A DNA stretch of 64,000 nt from Octopus vulgaris (GCA_951406725.2 OX597820.1:66588001-66652000); one strand, 5' to 3'; shown: positions 1-13,995, counted from the first letter of the stretch. Translations and numbers: made by a program. Notes: generated by a model not told the origin, from the letters alone.

Positions 1-19
1 CTAAATTGTTAGGCTAATA

Positions 20-150
20 CAGGAAAATAGGACCTCTGTGAGCAATGTAGGGCCTTCAGATTTTGCTATATGGCTCTACCATCTCAGCTTTCTTTTCTTC
101 ACCCTATTAAGATCTTTATAGGGTCTAACATGATGCTGGATGGTTCCACA
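20..150 (-). mobile_element. Degenerate RTE-like LINE fragment
   Basis: Minus-strand translation IQHHVRPYKDLNRVRKEKLRW*SHIAKSEG resembles the RTE ORF2 C-terminal RKLxWxGHV block. Confidence 0.4.
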
Positions 151-294
151 AAAATAACTCTTTCATGATTTAGTCTAAGCCCCAAATTTCTAAGCTGTGT
201 CTTCCTGTGACTCTCTCCGCACGAAAGACATGGACTCTGTGACTTTGTAATAATGCGTGTCTCTCACCTGCATTCTGATTATGGTAGTGATGAA

Positions 295-499
295 GGGTTT
301 AAATTTTGGCACAAGGCCAGCAATGTCAGGGGATTACATCAACCTCAGTGCATAACTGGTACTTATTTTATCAACCCCCAAAAGGATAAAAGTCAAAGTA
401 GACCTCCGCAGAATTTGAACTCAGAATGTTAAGACAGACAAAATGCCACTAGGTGTCTTGCCCAGCATCCTAACGATTCTACCAGATCACTGCCTTGAA

Positions 500-584
<85 letters not shown>

Positions 585-800
585 CCTTTCTACTATAGAC
601 ACAAGGCCTGAAATTTTGGAGGAGGGGGCTAGTCAATACGATTGACCCCAATGCACACCTGGTACTTAATTTATTGACCCCCAAAAGGATGAAAGGCAGA
701 GTCAACCTTGGTGGAATTTAAAACCAGAATGTAGTAATGTGCGAAATACCGATAAATGTTTTTCCCCAGCATACTAATGATTCTGCCAGTTCACCACCTT
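295..800 (-). mobile_element. Two tandem SINE family A copies (MetaSINE-like) separated by (AAT)n
   Basis: Reverse complement of GTTCTGAGTTCAAATT (B box) and GCCTTTCATCCTTT.GGGGTC.ATAAATTAAGTACCAG, resembling the Meta/Sauria SINE central domain. Confidence 0.8.
500..583. repeat. (AAT)n microsatellite
   Basis: Long perfect run. Confidence 0.95.
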
Positions 801-1867
801 GAAAAATAATAATAATAATGATGATGATAATAATAATGAAATATTCTCTCTTGTTGCTCCCTAAGATGGTTGCTTTGTGATATAATTCCAATTTAGTTTT
901 GGAAATTCTTGTAGCTGTTACTTCTCTTCCGTTCTGTTCTTTGATAAAATGTCCAACTGTTGCACAAGTGTTGTTTGGTGGTGATTACTTACGGGTGGCT
1001 GTGAGGCTAATAATAGTAATGATGGTGATGATGGTGATGGTGGTGGTGGTGGGAAAAAAATGAACAATAATAAGATGGTGGTGGTGATGGTGATGATGAT
1101 GATGAAAAATTAATGATAATGATGATGGTGGTGGTGGTTGTGATGATGATGAAAAAAAAAATAAACAATGCAAACAGTTATACAAAACAAAAGAAAATAC
1201 TTATGGAAAAAAAAAACACCATATGAAGAAGTGTGGGGTTTTGGGGGAGGGGAAGGAATTGTGTGAATGTCCCTTTTGAAGAAGATTTGCAAGAAAACAA
1301 TTTATACTTCAAAAGTAATCATGATGTTCAGCCCCTTCAAGAAAAAAGAAATTTCAAAAAAAAAAAAAAAAGCAAGGGATGAGGTGGACTGAATAAATAA
1401 ATTAATTAATAAAAAAAATAGAATGGTGAGAAGGAAAAAAAAATACCCAGAGACACCTGCTGCATGTAAGCCTAATAGTAAAGCGGGTAGTAAAATAATA
1501 TTACTTAACGCTGTGAAGTCAAAATTTTAATTAATATTATTATGTTCGTTATGATGAGAGAGAGAGAGAAAAAAAAAGATAATAAATTATCTTAATGATT
1601 AATTCTGTTTGAGTCATCAGTACCACTAGAAAGGAGAAAAAAATGTAATAAAATCTGTGGCGGTATGTGGGGGGGAGGGTAGAGGGGGACTAAAAATAAA
1701 TAAACAAATATTATTAAAATTAACATGCAAAAAATAAATAAAATAGAATTAAAGTAAATTGAAATAAAATTAAATGAGCAAGATTAAATAAAATGAATGT
1801 AAGAATTATGAGATGTTCGTAAGGATGTTGTTGTTGTTGTTGTCGGCGGTGGTAGTGGTGGTGGTGG

Positions 1868-1900
<33 letters not shown>

Positions 1901-2453
1901 AGATCCCAGGTCAAAACAGATTCAGCAGATCTATGATCAAAGATGTTCCAGCTGTGACCAACCCACCTTTTTTTTTATTTTATTTTTATTTCATTTCATT
2001 TCGTTTTAATTTATTTTATTTGTACATGTGTGTGTGTGTGTGTGTGGTTGTTTTGCTTTACATAATTCATGATATGTGATGATGGATTTCTCTGTCAGTT
2101 TCCGTGATGAGCTCTTCCATCATTTCTGTTTGTTCGATCAAACTGAACTGCCGCCTCGTCATCATCATCTCATCATCATCATCAGCATCATCATCATCAT
2201 TTTGATAGCCACTTTTCCATGCTGGCATGGTTGGACAGAGTTTTACTAAAGCAGATTTTCCTACAGACGGATGCCCTTCCTATCACCAGATTTCCCCCCA
2301 TCTCTTCCTCCCCCTCTTACTCTCTCTCTCTATATAAATATCTTTTTCTTTTTTGTTTCTATTTCTATCTGTAACTTTGTGTCTTGTTTCTCTCTCTCTC
2401 TCTCTCTCCCTCTCTTTCTCTTTCTCTCTCTCCCTCTCTTTCTCTCTCTCTCC

Positions 2454-2494
<41 letters not shown>

Positions 2495-3104
2495 CCAAGC
2501 TGTATTGAATGTGGTTTGTTTGTTTGTTGTTTCAATTTCTGGTTCCCATCATCCACCCAGTCCAAGATAACCACACACGTACATTTGCATGTGTATGCAT
2601 GTACACACACACACACACGCACATACACACACACACACGCATGCACACACACACACACACACACACTTATAAAAGAGAGAGAAGATAAAGGTATACATGT
2701 AAGATTTTGTATACACTTATGAAAGCAACATATAACTATATACATATATAACCATTACTAGACTACACTACTACTACTACTACTACTACTTCTACTACTA
2801 CTACTACTACTAACTCATACAATGCTTGTTTGCTTCTCTCTCTCAATCCTTGGAGACATATCAAGACCATGACTTATTCTTTTGCCAACAAACCAAACAT
2901 GAAGAACCTGATACAATTGTTTCATGTTAATTAAATTATTCCATTTAATTTTTCTTGTGCTCTTGGACACTGCTTCTTTGCAACCTTTTACTCTTTTTTT
3001 AGTGTCTCAATAAAATGAATAAGTGCCAGTCTTTCACAAAGTCTTACCTTCTTGTAATCATAATCAAGAGGCATTTTGCCTATTCTATGTTAATTATACA
3101 TATT

Positions 3105-3302
3105 AGCATCTTGTAAAATAGTTACATGTTTTTGTACTTTGGTAAACTGGTGTTTTTTGCCTCTTGTAAAATGGTGCTTCTGTTTGTTGTGGACTAATAT
3201 ATATTCAGCTCTTGGAAAATAATGGTATTTACCACTTGTGAAATAAAGGCATTCACATTTGGTAAAATATAAATATTTGCCTCTTGTAAAACATAGGTAT
3301 TC
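3105..3302. repeat. Degenerate ~24-bp minisatellite (continues at ~3822-3955)
   Basis: Units resembling TTTGCCTCTTGTAAAATATAGGTA recur at about 24-bp spacing. Confidence 0.6.
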
Positions 3303-3559
3303 ATCGTCGTCGTCATCATTTACTGTCTGTTTTCCATGGGTTGGTAAGCTTGAGAACATCACCTAGCTCTACTGTCTGCCTCGACATGGTTTTTTACAGC
3401 TGGAAGCCCTTCCTAATGCCAACCAAGACTGGGTGCTTTTTATATGGCACATAATCTGCAAGAAAAAGTTCATCTGAGAGAGGGAGTGGTATTGAAGGAG
3501 GCGTGCCTAATGATGAGGTGTTGAACTATCATAAGGGTTTCCTTCTGGAGTCATGCTGA

Positions 3560-3800
3560 CTCATATGGGCCAGTTTCCTCGTTTCTGTGGCATATATATA
3601 TATATTCCACACCTGGATGGGACAGACACTGGTCCATCACAGGATTATTTATTTTTGCCAGCTAAGTAGACTAAAACAACATGAAATGAAGTGTTTAGCT
3701 CAAGAACACAATGCATTGCCTGGCCTAAGAATTGAAACCACAATCTTACAATCGTGAGTCCAAACACCCTAACTAACCACTAAACCACGTGCTTCCACTA
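3560..3800 (-). mobile_element. tRNA-derived SINE family D copy
   Basis: GCTCAAGAACACAATGC...GAAACCACAATCTTACAATCGTGAGTCC; related to 36140-36362 and, reversed, to 61150-61445. Confidence 0.65.
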
Positions 3801-4602
3801 AACTATGACAGAGAGACAAGTATTCTCTTTCGTAAAATATAGGCATTTGTCTCTTGTAAAAATACAGGTGTTTCTCTCTTTTACAAACCACAGGTTTTAT
3901 CCTTTGCAAAATGGTGCATCTTTATCCTTCACAAATTGTCAGGTTTTATCCTGTTTATCAAGACATCTTTAATCTCATGAGATTTTGTGGTCTTTGCTTC
4001 TAATAAAGAAATGTATTGTTTTTTTCTAATATAAATCTTTTGCTTTTCATAACTCGTAACTAGGTTTTTTTTTCTTCTAATGTTAGGCCTCTGTCTTTCG
4101 CTAAGATCGGTTCTCTAATGATAGAAATTCTTTGTCTCTCGAACGAGGTCATATTTTTTTCTTCACACATGCTCTCCACATTCTCTCACACAATATCTTG
4201 TACTTTTAAAGATGTTTCCGAGTGACAAGAACACTTCTTGTCAGTAACTAATTTTTCAGAACATTACACCAGCTGTTGTTCGACTCCTACAAACTGCTGC
4301 TAATCACTTTAAGTTCTTAACCAATCACAATCTAGTGCTGTCATTTCACTTGGGATGTCTTTCTGCTTTTATTTCTTCTACCCAAGTGATATAAAAAAAA
4401 ATTAAAAAAATGGAGGTGATCTGTCTTTCAAATGGATAATGTGATGAAGAAAAAAGAAGGCAACTTTCATCTATTTTTCATTATTGCTTCTAATATTCTA
4501 CCACCTGTTGTTTTCTTTGCTTTTAATCTTGTTGATGTGTTTGGGAAAGGCATAAACTTCACAACATCTTATAAATTGCAAGTTTCACTTGCTAGTATTT
4601 AA

Positions 4603-4797
4603 CCCTTTAGCATTTAAGCCAGCCATATATTCTACTTGTTTTATGGTCAAATTGGCCAGATCCAGCTTCTTGTACCTACCCTACAGTGTCAATCCAAAAA
4701 TAAACAATCTCAAGGCTACAAGATAATGCAGGATAAATTCAAAACAATGTGAATTAATAAGTATTACATTTGACAGAATAATCTCAATGCTAAAGGG
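4603..4797. mobile_element. piggyBac-like MITE, family 1
   Basis: TTAA|CCCTTTAGCATT...AATGCTAAAGGG|TTAA: 12-bp TIR and TTAA TSD. A degenerate related copy continues at ~4802-4965. Confidence 0.8.
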
Positions 4798-5579
4798 TTA
4801 AACCAGCTATAATAGCCAGTCCAAATATTTTATAACCAGATCAATGCCATTCTAAAAATAATTACATCACTGAAATCTCAAAGCTCTGAGATAATGCCTC
4901 ATTAATTCAAAACAATATGGATGAATAGTTCTTATATTTGATAGAGTAACCTGAATACCAAAGGAAAAAAGTTTCACACAATTTTATTTATTCAGTTTTT
5001 GCTCTTTTGCCCCCCCCCCCCCCACTTCTTGCGTGACCACTGTCTGAAATTCTGAACCATCCTGTGTTTTTGTTATGATGTAAAATTAATTACTTTCTAC
5101 ATATGTTTTCTGTCCCTGAAATCATCTTGAATAACATAATTCCCATCTCCTGTTGCGTACGTAAATCAACACATACACTCATAAATATAACAAAATTGTA
5201 TAATGTTTCAACAAGCAGTTACGTAATCCTAGCGGTGATTTGCCAAAACATGTATGTGTTTTATAGAGCATAAAATACCATATCTGTTTTATTGATACTA
5301 TATACGTGTGTGTGTGTGTGCATGCATGCACATCTGCATATGCAAACTAGACTTGCAATATGTGTTCTGGTTCTTTACATTCTAAGTTCAAATCTCATCA
5401 AGGTCGCGTTTGTCTTTTGTTCTTCCAAAGTCTACAAAATGAAGTACCAATCACTTGTTGGAGCTGATGGCTGTTAGCTAAACCACTCCTCTTCTAAAAA
5501 TCTCTGGTCTTGTACTTAAATTTAAAACAACTGTTTTAAAGGCATTTGATTGGCAGAGTTGTTAGAGCCAATATCCTGG

Positions 5580-5935
5580 GCTTCATCACTCCGGAATGAG
5601 AAGAAGGAGTCCCTCCTTGGACTTCTGTCTCCAGTCAGTCTTGTAGGCCCAGATAGTGGGTGAGATCATTTTGCCATCTTGTTCTTAGATCAGCCTCTTC
5701 ATTTTGCCCATTGTCTTGTTATCCATTCCGTCACCCTGCATATCCGTCTGTTGTCCTTCAGTCACATGATGTGGCCAGCGCATCTATATTTGTTCTCTTT
5801 GATGGGTCTTATGGTGTAATTGACTCTCATGTACCTTTGAATCCAGACATTGGTTTTCTTGTCCTGCAATGGGATGCCAAGCATGGTTTGTTCCATTTTC
5901 CTTTGGGCTACATTGAGGGCATTTATGATTGTTTG
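5580..5935 (-). mobile_element. Degenerate RTE-clade LINE 3' fragment
   Basis: Minus strand retains AGHIM*LKDNR and TRWQNDL remnants of the RTE C-terminal GH..R / GRP..RW motifs, with stops. Confidence 0.55.
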
Positions 5936-7322
5936 AGCATCAGAGAAAAATTACCCTGCAAAGTTCATTTCTTCTCTTCACATTTAGTTTTCACATCTAA
6001 AAACGGTCAACTTTGCCTTAAAAAGTACCTATAAAAGTACCAGGATTGGTAATATCGACTAATCCCCTTATACCAATCAAAAGCATTGTTCTAGTACTCT
6101 AAATTTAGAAGCAAATATTATTAATTATACTCATCACCATTAATCAATTAATTAATTAATTAATTACTGTTGCCACCATCACAGTTAACATCTTGATTTC
6201 TGTTGAAGACAAAACTTGAGTCAAACCAAAAAGAAGAATCAGACTGTGTTGAATTCAGAATTCAACTGGTAATTGTATAGTTTTTGCTGTATTTGTATAA
6301 TAAATTGTCATTGTTGTAGAAGGTGGAGTGGGGGAAGGAAAGGGGGGGAGGAAGGACTAACGTTAACTGAACAAAACAACATAATATTAATTTAAACAAA
6401 ATGGAAAAAGAAAAAAGAAAAAAGAAACACACCTGACTTTTAGAACAAAATAATTTCCCAGAAGACTTCAGCTGCTGTCACACACACACACACTCACATT
6501 CTCTCTGTCTTCCTCTCTCTCTTTCTATCTTTCTTTCCCTATCATCTCTCCCTCTCCCTCTCTCCCTCTCTCCAGTTTCTCCCCTTCTCTTTCCATTTTC
6601 TTTCTAACTCTCTTTGTACCTTTCCATTTTCTGCTTATTTCTCCTTTTACATTTCTCACTCTGTCTTACCAGTTTCTCCTCCTCCTTCTTCTTTCTCTCT
6701 CTCTATCCTCCTTTCTCTTTATATATATACATACATATATACATATATGTATGTATGTATGTATGTATACTCATGTATTATATCATTTCATATTTTTCTA
6801 TTGATAATTTAGTTTGTCTTTTAAAATTCTAGGCAGCAAAATAAGAAACATTATTAGTTTGTGATGGTAGTGGTGGTAGTGGTGGTGGTGATGTGTTGTG
6901 ATGGCAAAGATGGTGCTGGTGCCAGTGGTTACAATATTGCTGTTGTTTGGTGCTAGTATACTGTTAAATAATAATAGCTGTTGTTGTTTTGGTAGGCGAT
7001 GACAGAAAGCAGTGATTGTACTGTTTAATGGTACAAAACACGTGGTATTGCGATGATAGTGGCAGTGTTGGTTGCGGCAGTGGTAGTGGTGGTGGTGGTG
7101 GTGGTGGCGGTAGTATTAGTAGTAGTAGTAGTAGTAGTATTGGTGGTGGTGGTGGTAATAGTAGTAGTAGCAGTAGCAGCAGTAGTGAGGGATGGTGGTA
7201 GAGGTAATGGTGCTGGTGGTGTTAGTAGTAGTAGTAGTAGTAGTGGTAGCGGTGGCGTCAGTAGTAGTAGTAGTAGCAGCAGTAGTGGGGGATGGTGGTA
7301 GAGGTAATGGTGCTGGTGGTGT

Positions 7323-7355
<33 letters not shown>

Positions 7356-10300
7356 CAGCGGTGGCGTCAGTAGTAGTAGTGGTGGTGGTAGTAGTTGTAG
7401 TAGTAGTAGTGGGGGATGGTGGTTGAGGTAATGGTGCTGGTGGTGTTTACAGCAACAGCATCAGCCGTAGTAGTAGTAGTAGTAGTAGCTGCTGTTGTAG
7501 TTTTGCCGATAGAGGTGATGATGCATTTGCATTAGCAAGGGTGGTGGTGGTATCATTGATAGTAGATGTGGTTGATGCTATTTAGCCTCAGGTCAGCATT
7601 AATCAAGCGGACCTATATGATCAAAGGCTTTTCGTCTGTGACCATCCATTCTGTTTCTTATTCATGAAGTCTCGGACCACATTATCCAAAGTGTCATTGT
7701 TCTTGAAACTCAATCTGACATAGATATTTGACTTCTATTTCTAGCCGAGTGAACAACCACTTGTAGGTGCCCCACTGGCTCCTGACAGGACATTGCTGGT
7801 TGTTGTTGTTGTTGTTTGCTCATTTTTTTACTAAGTCAATTTGCAATTTTGTTCGCAAATAACTTTTTATTTATTTATTTTGTGATGTTTAGTAGTTTAG
7901 TTTTGTTTCTGAATTTCTTTTGGTGATTTGCTGATTATAAACAGTTTCGTTGTTCTGCACACAACTCCTCTTCCTCCTCTCCTCATCATCATTCTCCTCC
8001 TCCTCCTTTGACACAAATGCACACATATACATATGCACACACATTCGCATTTGTTCAAATCAAAATGATGCTTACATATTATTATGCAATAAATGTACTT
8101 TCAGTTTCACTTTCACACAAGACTATTAAGATACATACACACGCAGTATAAGTAACATATACACACACATGCACAAAATATGCTTTACAGTGCATATATA
8201 TATATCCAGAAGCACACACACATACAGACAGACAGATACATACATTCACACTCATGCGATACACATGTAAATATGCATATACACAAAGAACTAACACCTA
8301 TATATACATATGTATGTATATGTATATATATATATATTCACGCTCATAATACACACCATTATATACATATATATACACATGGCACACCTATTTATACACA
8401 AACATGTACCCATATATATGCACACACACATGCACACACACATGCACACACACACAAACACATACCTATATAATATACCTATGCCTATATATATACATAC
8501 ATATATGCACACAACACACACCTGTATATATGCATACACACACAACACACATCTGTATATAGATATATACACACAAGCATATCACACACATAGACAAAGA
8601 ACCATAGTACATGTGTGTGTGCATGCACATGTATTTATATATGTTGTACAAGGTATATATATATATATATACACACACACAAATTCATGTACTCAAAACA
8701 CTCTTAGAAGTACACATACATATCAACATACATACATACCAATGCACTGATATAGTCACACACAAGCTTACACATAAACACATTCGTATATTGACGATGC
8801 ATAGTAATTAGTTATGTCTGTTTGATTCCAGACTCAAGCCTCTCGCTCAAGGAAAATATTCCAAGGATAATTCTCCCTCTATATTATGTAATTTCTCTCT
8901 CTTCCCTTTCTTTCCTGCAATCTCTCTTTCTCTTTCCTTTCTTTGATATTTCTCTCTCTCTCTCTCTCTCTATCTATCTGTCTATCTCTATCTATCTATC
9001 TATCTATATATCTATCACTGTCTCATACACACACACACACACATGCGTGCATACATAGATTTGTCTTTTAGTCAAAGATGTTACTTTTGGAATTCTCTGA
9101 TTATAATCTCGCTCCCATACTGTTGTGCTCTCTTTGTCTCTGTCTGTCTATATCTCTCTCTCTTTTCTCACTCACACTCTCTCTGTCACACACACACACA
9201 AACTGCTTCTCTCTCTCACACACACACACATTCTCTCTGTCTCTTTTTTCTCTTTCTCTTTCACATACAAGTTCTCTCTCCTTTCTGTTTTTGCTTTCTC
9301 TTTCACATTCTCCCTATATACTTCTCAGCATATATCTCTCTTTGCTCTCTCTTTGCTCTCTCTCCCTCTCTCTCTCTCTCTCACTCTCTCACTCACTCTC
9401 TCACTCACTCCTGCTGTCCCTCCATTATAAAACTCAGTAGAGACCTGTGAAAATATGCAAAAACACATGCCTTGCTTTAGCCTTTACAGCGACAGTTCAA
9501 ACTGCTAAACTATTTAGCCTGAAGCCTCTATACGGAAAAAAAAAACGAAAATAAACCTTCACAATTCACCCTGGGGCACATCCACAACTTCATTATTAAC
9601 ACACTACTAATGTGTTTACTCGCTGTGTTTTTAATACGCATTTCACTGCATCACCCGATGATGGTGACAGAGGCATCAGCGGTACTGGCGATGGCACCAG
9701 TGCCGGTGGTATGGGTTGTAAATCTGGCTCTTTTTTTTCCTATCCTAATGTAGTTACTTTAAATGTTGTCTTCGTTGCAACACGTCACATCACAGTGCAT
9801 TGGTTTTGTAATGTTGTTGTTGCTGTTGTTGTTGTTTCTCTATGCGTTTCTCATGTATGCGTACATGTGAAAGAATATAAATATATGTATGTATGTACGT
9901 ATATCTATGTAGATAGATAGATAGATAGAGAGATAGATAGATAGATCTATACATACATAGATAGATCTTTACATACATGCATACATACATGTCTAGATAT
10001 GCAAGTATATACATAAGAAGACATACATAAAACAAAACACAAATTTGCACGTAGACGTATGTACATACATAACCTGCTGCTGATGTTGAAATTCCAATGG
10101 AATCTTGGATCTAGGTTAGAAACTGGCTGTTTCTCTATTTGTGAGAAATCTTGAAATAAAACTGCATAATAGCGCGCACGCGTGCACACACACACACACA
10201 CACAAATACTCTTTCGTTGATGTTGAAATTCCAATGAGGGAGCCTTCGATCTAGGTTGGAGGCCGGTTCTTTCTGTATTGACAAGAAATCTTAAAATAAG

Positions 10301-10384
10301 CTGAATAATGACATACATACATGCATGTATTGTGTATGTGTGTGTGTGTGTGTATATATATTCTTTTTTTTCTTTTCTTTTAAT

Positions 10385-10690
10385 GGTTTCAATCATTTGA
10401 CTATGGCCATGCTGGAGCACCTTCTTTAATCAAACAAATCGACTCCAGGACTTATTCTATGTAAGCCTAGTACTTATTCTGTTGGTCACTTTTTCCAAAC
10501 CACTAAGTTATAGGGACCTCTAAACACACTAACATTGGTTATCAAACAATTGTGGGGGGACAAACACAGGCACAAACATATATACATAGATATACAATGG
10601 GCTTCTTTCAGTTTCTGTCTACCAAATCCACTCACAAGGCTTTGGTCAGCCTGAGGCTATAGCAGAAGACACTTGCCCAAGGTACCAAAT
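10385..10690 (-). mobile_element. SINE family B copy
   Basis: GGCCATGCTGGAGCAC...CTACCAAATCCACTCACAAGGCTTTGGTC...GACACTTGCCCAAGG. Confidence 0.8.
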
Positions 10691-11375
10691 GAGGGTCACC
10701 CTCATACAAGTGGTGCCCTGCATTTCCAAATCTTCAGTGGAAACATGTCAGGTCATGGGAAAGTATTCCCTTACTACTCGGAAACAGCTGAAGGTTGTTG
10801 ACAGGAAGGGCATCCAGCCGTAGAAAATCCACCTCAACAAATTCTACTTGACCTATACAAAGCATGGAAAAGTGAACATTTAAACGACGATGGCGGTGGT
10901 GATGGTGGTAGTGGTAGCAGCAGCAGCCACAGCAGCAGTAGTTCAAAATTGCATTTGGCATCTTGCCAATTAGTTAGAACTTTTTGGTCATTTCACACGT
11001 TGCCAAAATAATTCTAATTCGAAAACCTACAGAGATACTAAGGAAATGTGAAAAGATGATTTTTACTTCATACCTTGCTCTGTGAGAAAATTCAATAGAG
11101 CGCCTAGATATTCTATACGGTAGTTTAGTTTTACATATTGTCAGTACCATATACGTACTATTTTTCTACATTATACTCTCTATACATAAACTATATTTTT
11201 TGTCCCTAACACTCTTTCTCCTCGCTGACTCTCTATTTCTCAACTTCCTCTCTATCTCTCCTCTCTCTTTCTCTCTTACTGTTACTACTACTACTACTAT
11301 TACAACTGCTGTTGCTGCTAATACTCCTCCTACTACTACTACTGCTGCTGCTGCCGTTACTACTACTGCTGCTGT

Positions 11376-11422
<47 letters not shown>

Positions 11423-11739
11423 TAACTGCTATTCACATCCCCCCACTATACTTTTTCCAAACTCTTTTCCCTTACCAAATTACATCTGTTTTATCCTTTT
11501 CTTTTTGTTTTCTATCTATTTTCTTCCTCCACCTTCTTTCCTTTGTCCTCTCTCTCTCTCTCTCTCACTATCTATTGATCTATCTATATCTCTTTCTCTC
11601 TCTCTTACTTCTGTCATGTACTCTCTTGTCCACCCATACCCTTTAAACTGTCATAACAAATAATAAACCACAATAGGTGAACCACAATGTGGCAAGGAAT
11701 TACTGTATTTCCTCTTCATTACCTTCTCATGTTAACTGA

Positions 11740-12030
11740 TTGGTTTGGGTCTTCAACTCAAGATCCTAACATCATGAGTTCAATTCCCAGCAACAGATTG
11801 TCTCCTTGAGCAAGACACTTTATTTCACAATGCTCCTGTCCACTCAGCCCCGGCAAAAAACAAAGCAGTAACTGTATTTCAAAGGGCCCACTTCATCACA
11901 TTCAATGTCACACTGAACTTCACTCAGTATTGCATGCATTAAGGGTATGCGAGTCTGGGGTGTGCTCAGCCAACTTGCATGTTAATTTCAAGAGCAGGCT
12001 TTTTGGTTGATCGAATCAACTAGAACCCTC
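11740..12030 (+). mobile_element. tRNA-derived SINE with V-domain-like block
   Basis: GTTCAATTCC B box, CCTTGAGCAAGACACTTT, GTCCACTCAGC; matches 35290-35570. Confidence 0.6.
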
Positions 12031-13190
12031 ATTATAGCATCATATAAACCTCGACAGAACATCATATAAAATCTTCTCTCCTGTTTCCTCGACAATGTCT
12101 TATCTTTCCATTCCTAAATTTCATCTACCTTCTGCCTCTCCCATCCATCTTCATTCCGATGTTCTTATTGTATACAATTCATCTCGCTCAATCGCATCTA
12201 AATAGATAGCTGGCTACAGATGGAATTACACTTCTCAAGTTTTGCACAGTGTTCCTACACGTTTGCATGCACAAATGTAAATACATACATCCACATGCTT
12301 AGATGCATGCACGTATGCACACACACACACACACACAGACACACACACACACGCTACATGTTTGCAGTGATGTTTACATTGACATAGCATAACCACATCG
12401 AGATGTTTGCAACAACATGCGCACATGCAAATATTTACATATTTCTGCTATAATTATAAATTTAAGCAACTTTAAAACCCCCACACAAATTACACACATA
12501 AGCATGAATACATACACACACACACACATTCCCATAAACAGTCACATTACCATAAACACATACACACACACACACACGCGCAATCTCATAAACAAACTCA
12601 CTTAAATACTTCATTCTCTTTAAATAAACGTAAAACTTTGCTATAAATTGGTGGGGAGGTGGGGGTGGGGGTGACAGTGGTGTTAGAGGTAATGTATTAG
12701 CAAATTTAGTTACAATGATGATGATGATGATGATGATAACAAACACTGTTGAAAATGATGGAGATGATGGTGGTGGCGGCGTTTCGGTGATGTTAATAAT
12801 AGTTTTGATGACGGCATTGCGGATGGTGGTGATATTGATGAAGATGGAAACGGAGATGTTTGTTGATGGAAGCAAAATTTATTTACATATATCATCTGTT
12901 ATTATTATTATTATTATTATTAAGTTTCTTATGGTATTGATGATGATGATGATGATGATAGTGATGCTGCTTGGTTGTGTTTGGCAATTGTTGATGGCAA
13001 CGATGTCGTTGTTTAACCCCGAATGTGCTCTCTGCTCTGAAATATTTGGCGGACCTTATGATCAAAGGCAGTACAGGTAACGCATGCAGTACAGGTAACA
13101 CATGCATGCACAAACAAAATACATTTCACGGTGCACACATACATATACATGGATATATCTACACACATGCAATGCACACCTATGTGTATG

Positions 13191-13237
<47 letters not shown>

Positions 13238-13339
13238 GTATATATATGTACATACATATAAATATATATATATATATGCATATGCATATACACACAAACA
13301 ACAGACCTATGATCAAAGACATTCCATCTATAATTATGC

Positions 13340-13995
13340 CACTCTCAGAATCGTTAGCATACCTGACAATATGCTTTGTGGCATTTCGTCTGTCTTTATG
13401 ATCTGGGTTCAAATTCCACCGAAGTTTGACTTTCCCTTTTATCCTTTCGGGGTCAATAAATTAAGTACCAGTGAAATCTCAATGTAATCAACTAGTCCCC
13501 CACCCTAAATTTCAGGCCTTGTGCCTTTAGTAGAAAGGATTATTATTAATATTATTATTTTAAGATGGCGAGCTGGTAGAATCGTTAGCATGCCAGGCAA
13601 AAGCCTAATGGCATTTTGTTCATCTTTACGTTCTGAGTTCAAATTCCACCATGGTCAACTTGGCCATTCATTATTTCGAAGTCGATGTAACTGACTTACC
13701 CCTTCCCCGAAATTGCTGGCCTTGTGCCAAAATTTGAAACCAATATTTTTATAGTTATTATTATTATTATTATTAAGGCTGTGTGCTGACAGAATCATTA
13801 GTACATCGGATGAAATGCTTAGCAGTGTTTCACTCATCGCTATGTTCTGGGTTCAAATTCCACTGAGGTCGACTTTGCTTTCATCCTTTCAGGGTCAATA
13901 AGTTAAGTACCAGTTGAATACTGGTGTCAATGTGATCGGCTGTCCCCCCCAAAAAATATTTCAGGCTTTGTGCCTATAGTAGAAAGGATTATTAT
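13340..13995 (+). mobile_element. Three head-to-tail SINE family A copies
   Basis: Each has CAGAATCGTTAGCA-like, GTTCAAATTCCAC and GGCCTTGTGCC blocks followed by (TTA)n. Confidence 0.85.

Noticed and set aside
3105-3302. CRISPR-like or coding repeat array
   Set aside because: Degenerate adjacent units without unique spacers, eukaryotic context, no cas genes.
9612-9760. Gly/Asp-rich stretch SPDDGDRGISGTGDGTSAGG as an exon
   Set aside because: No clear flanking splice sites; consistent with a decayed GGT/GAT repeat.
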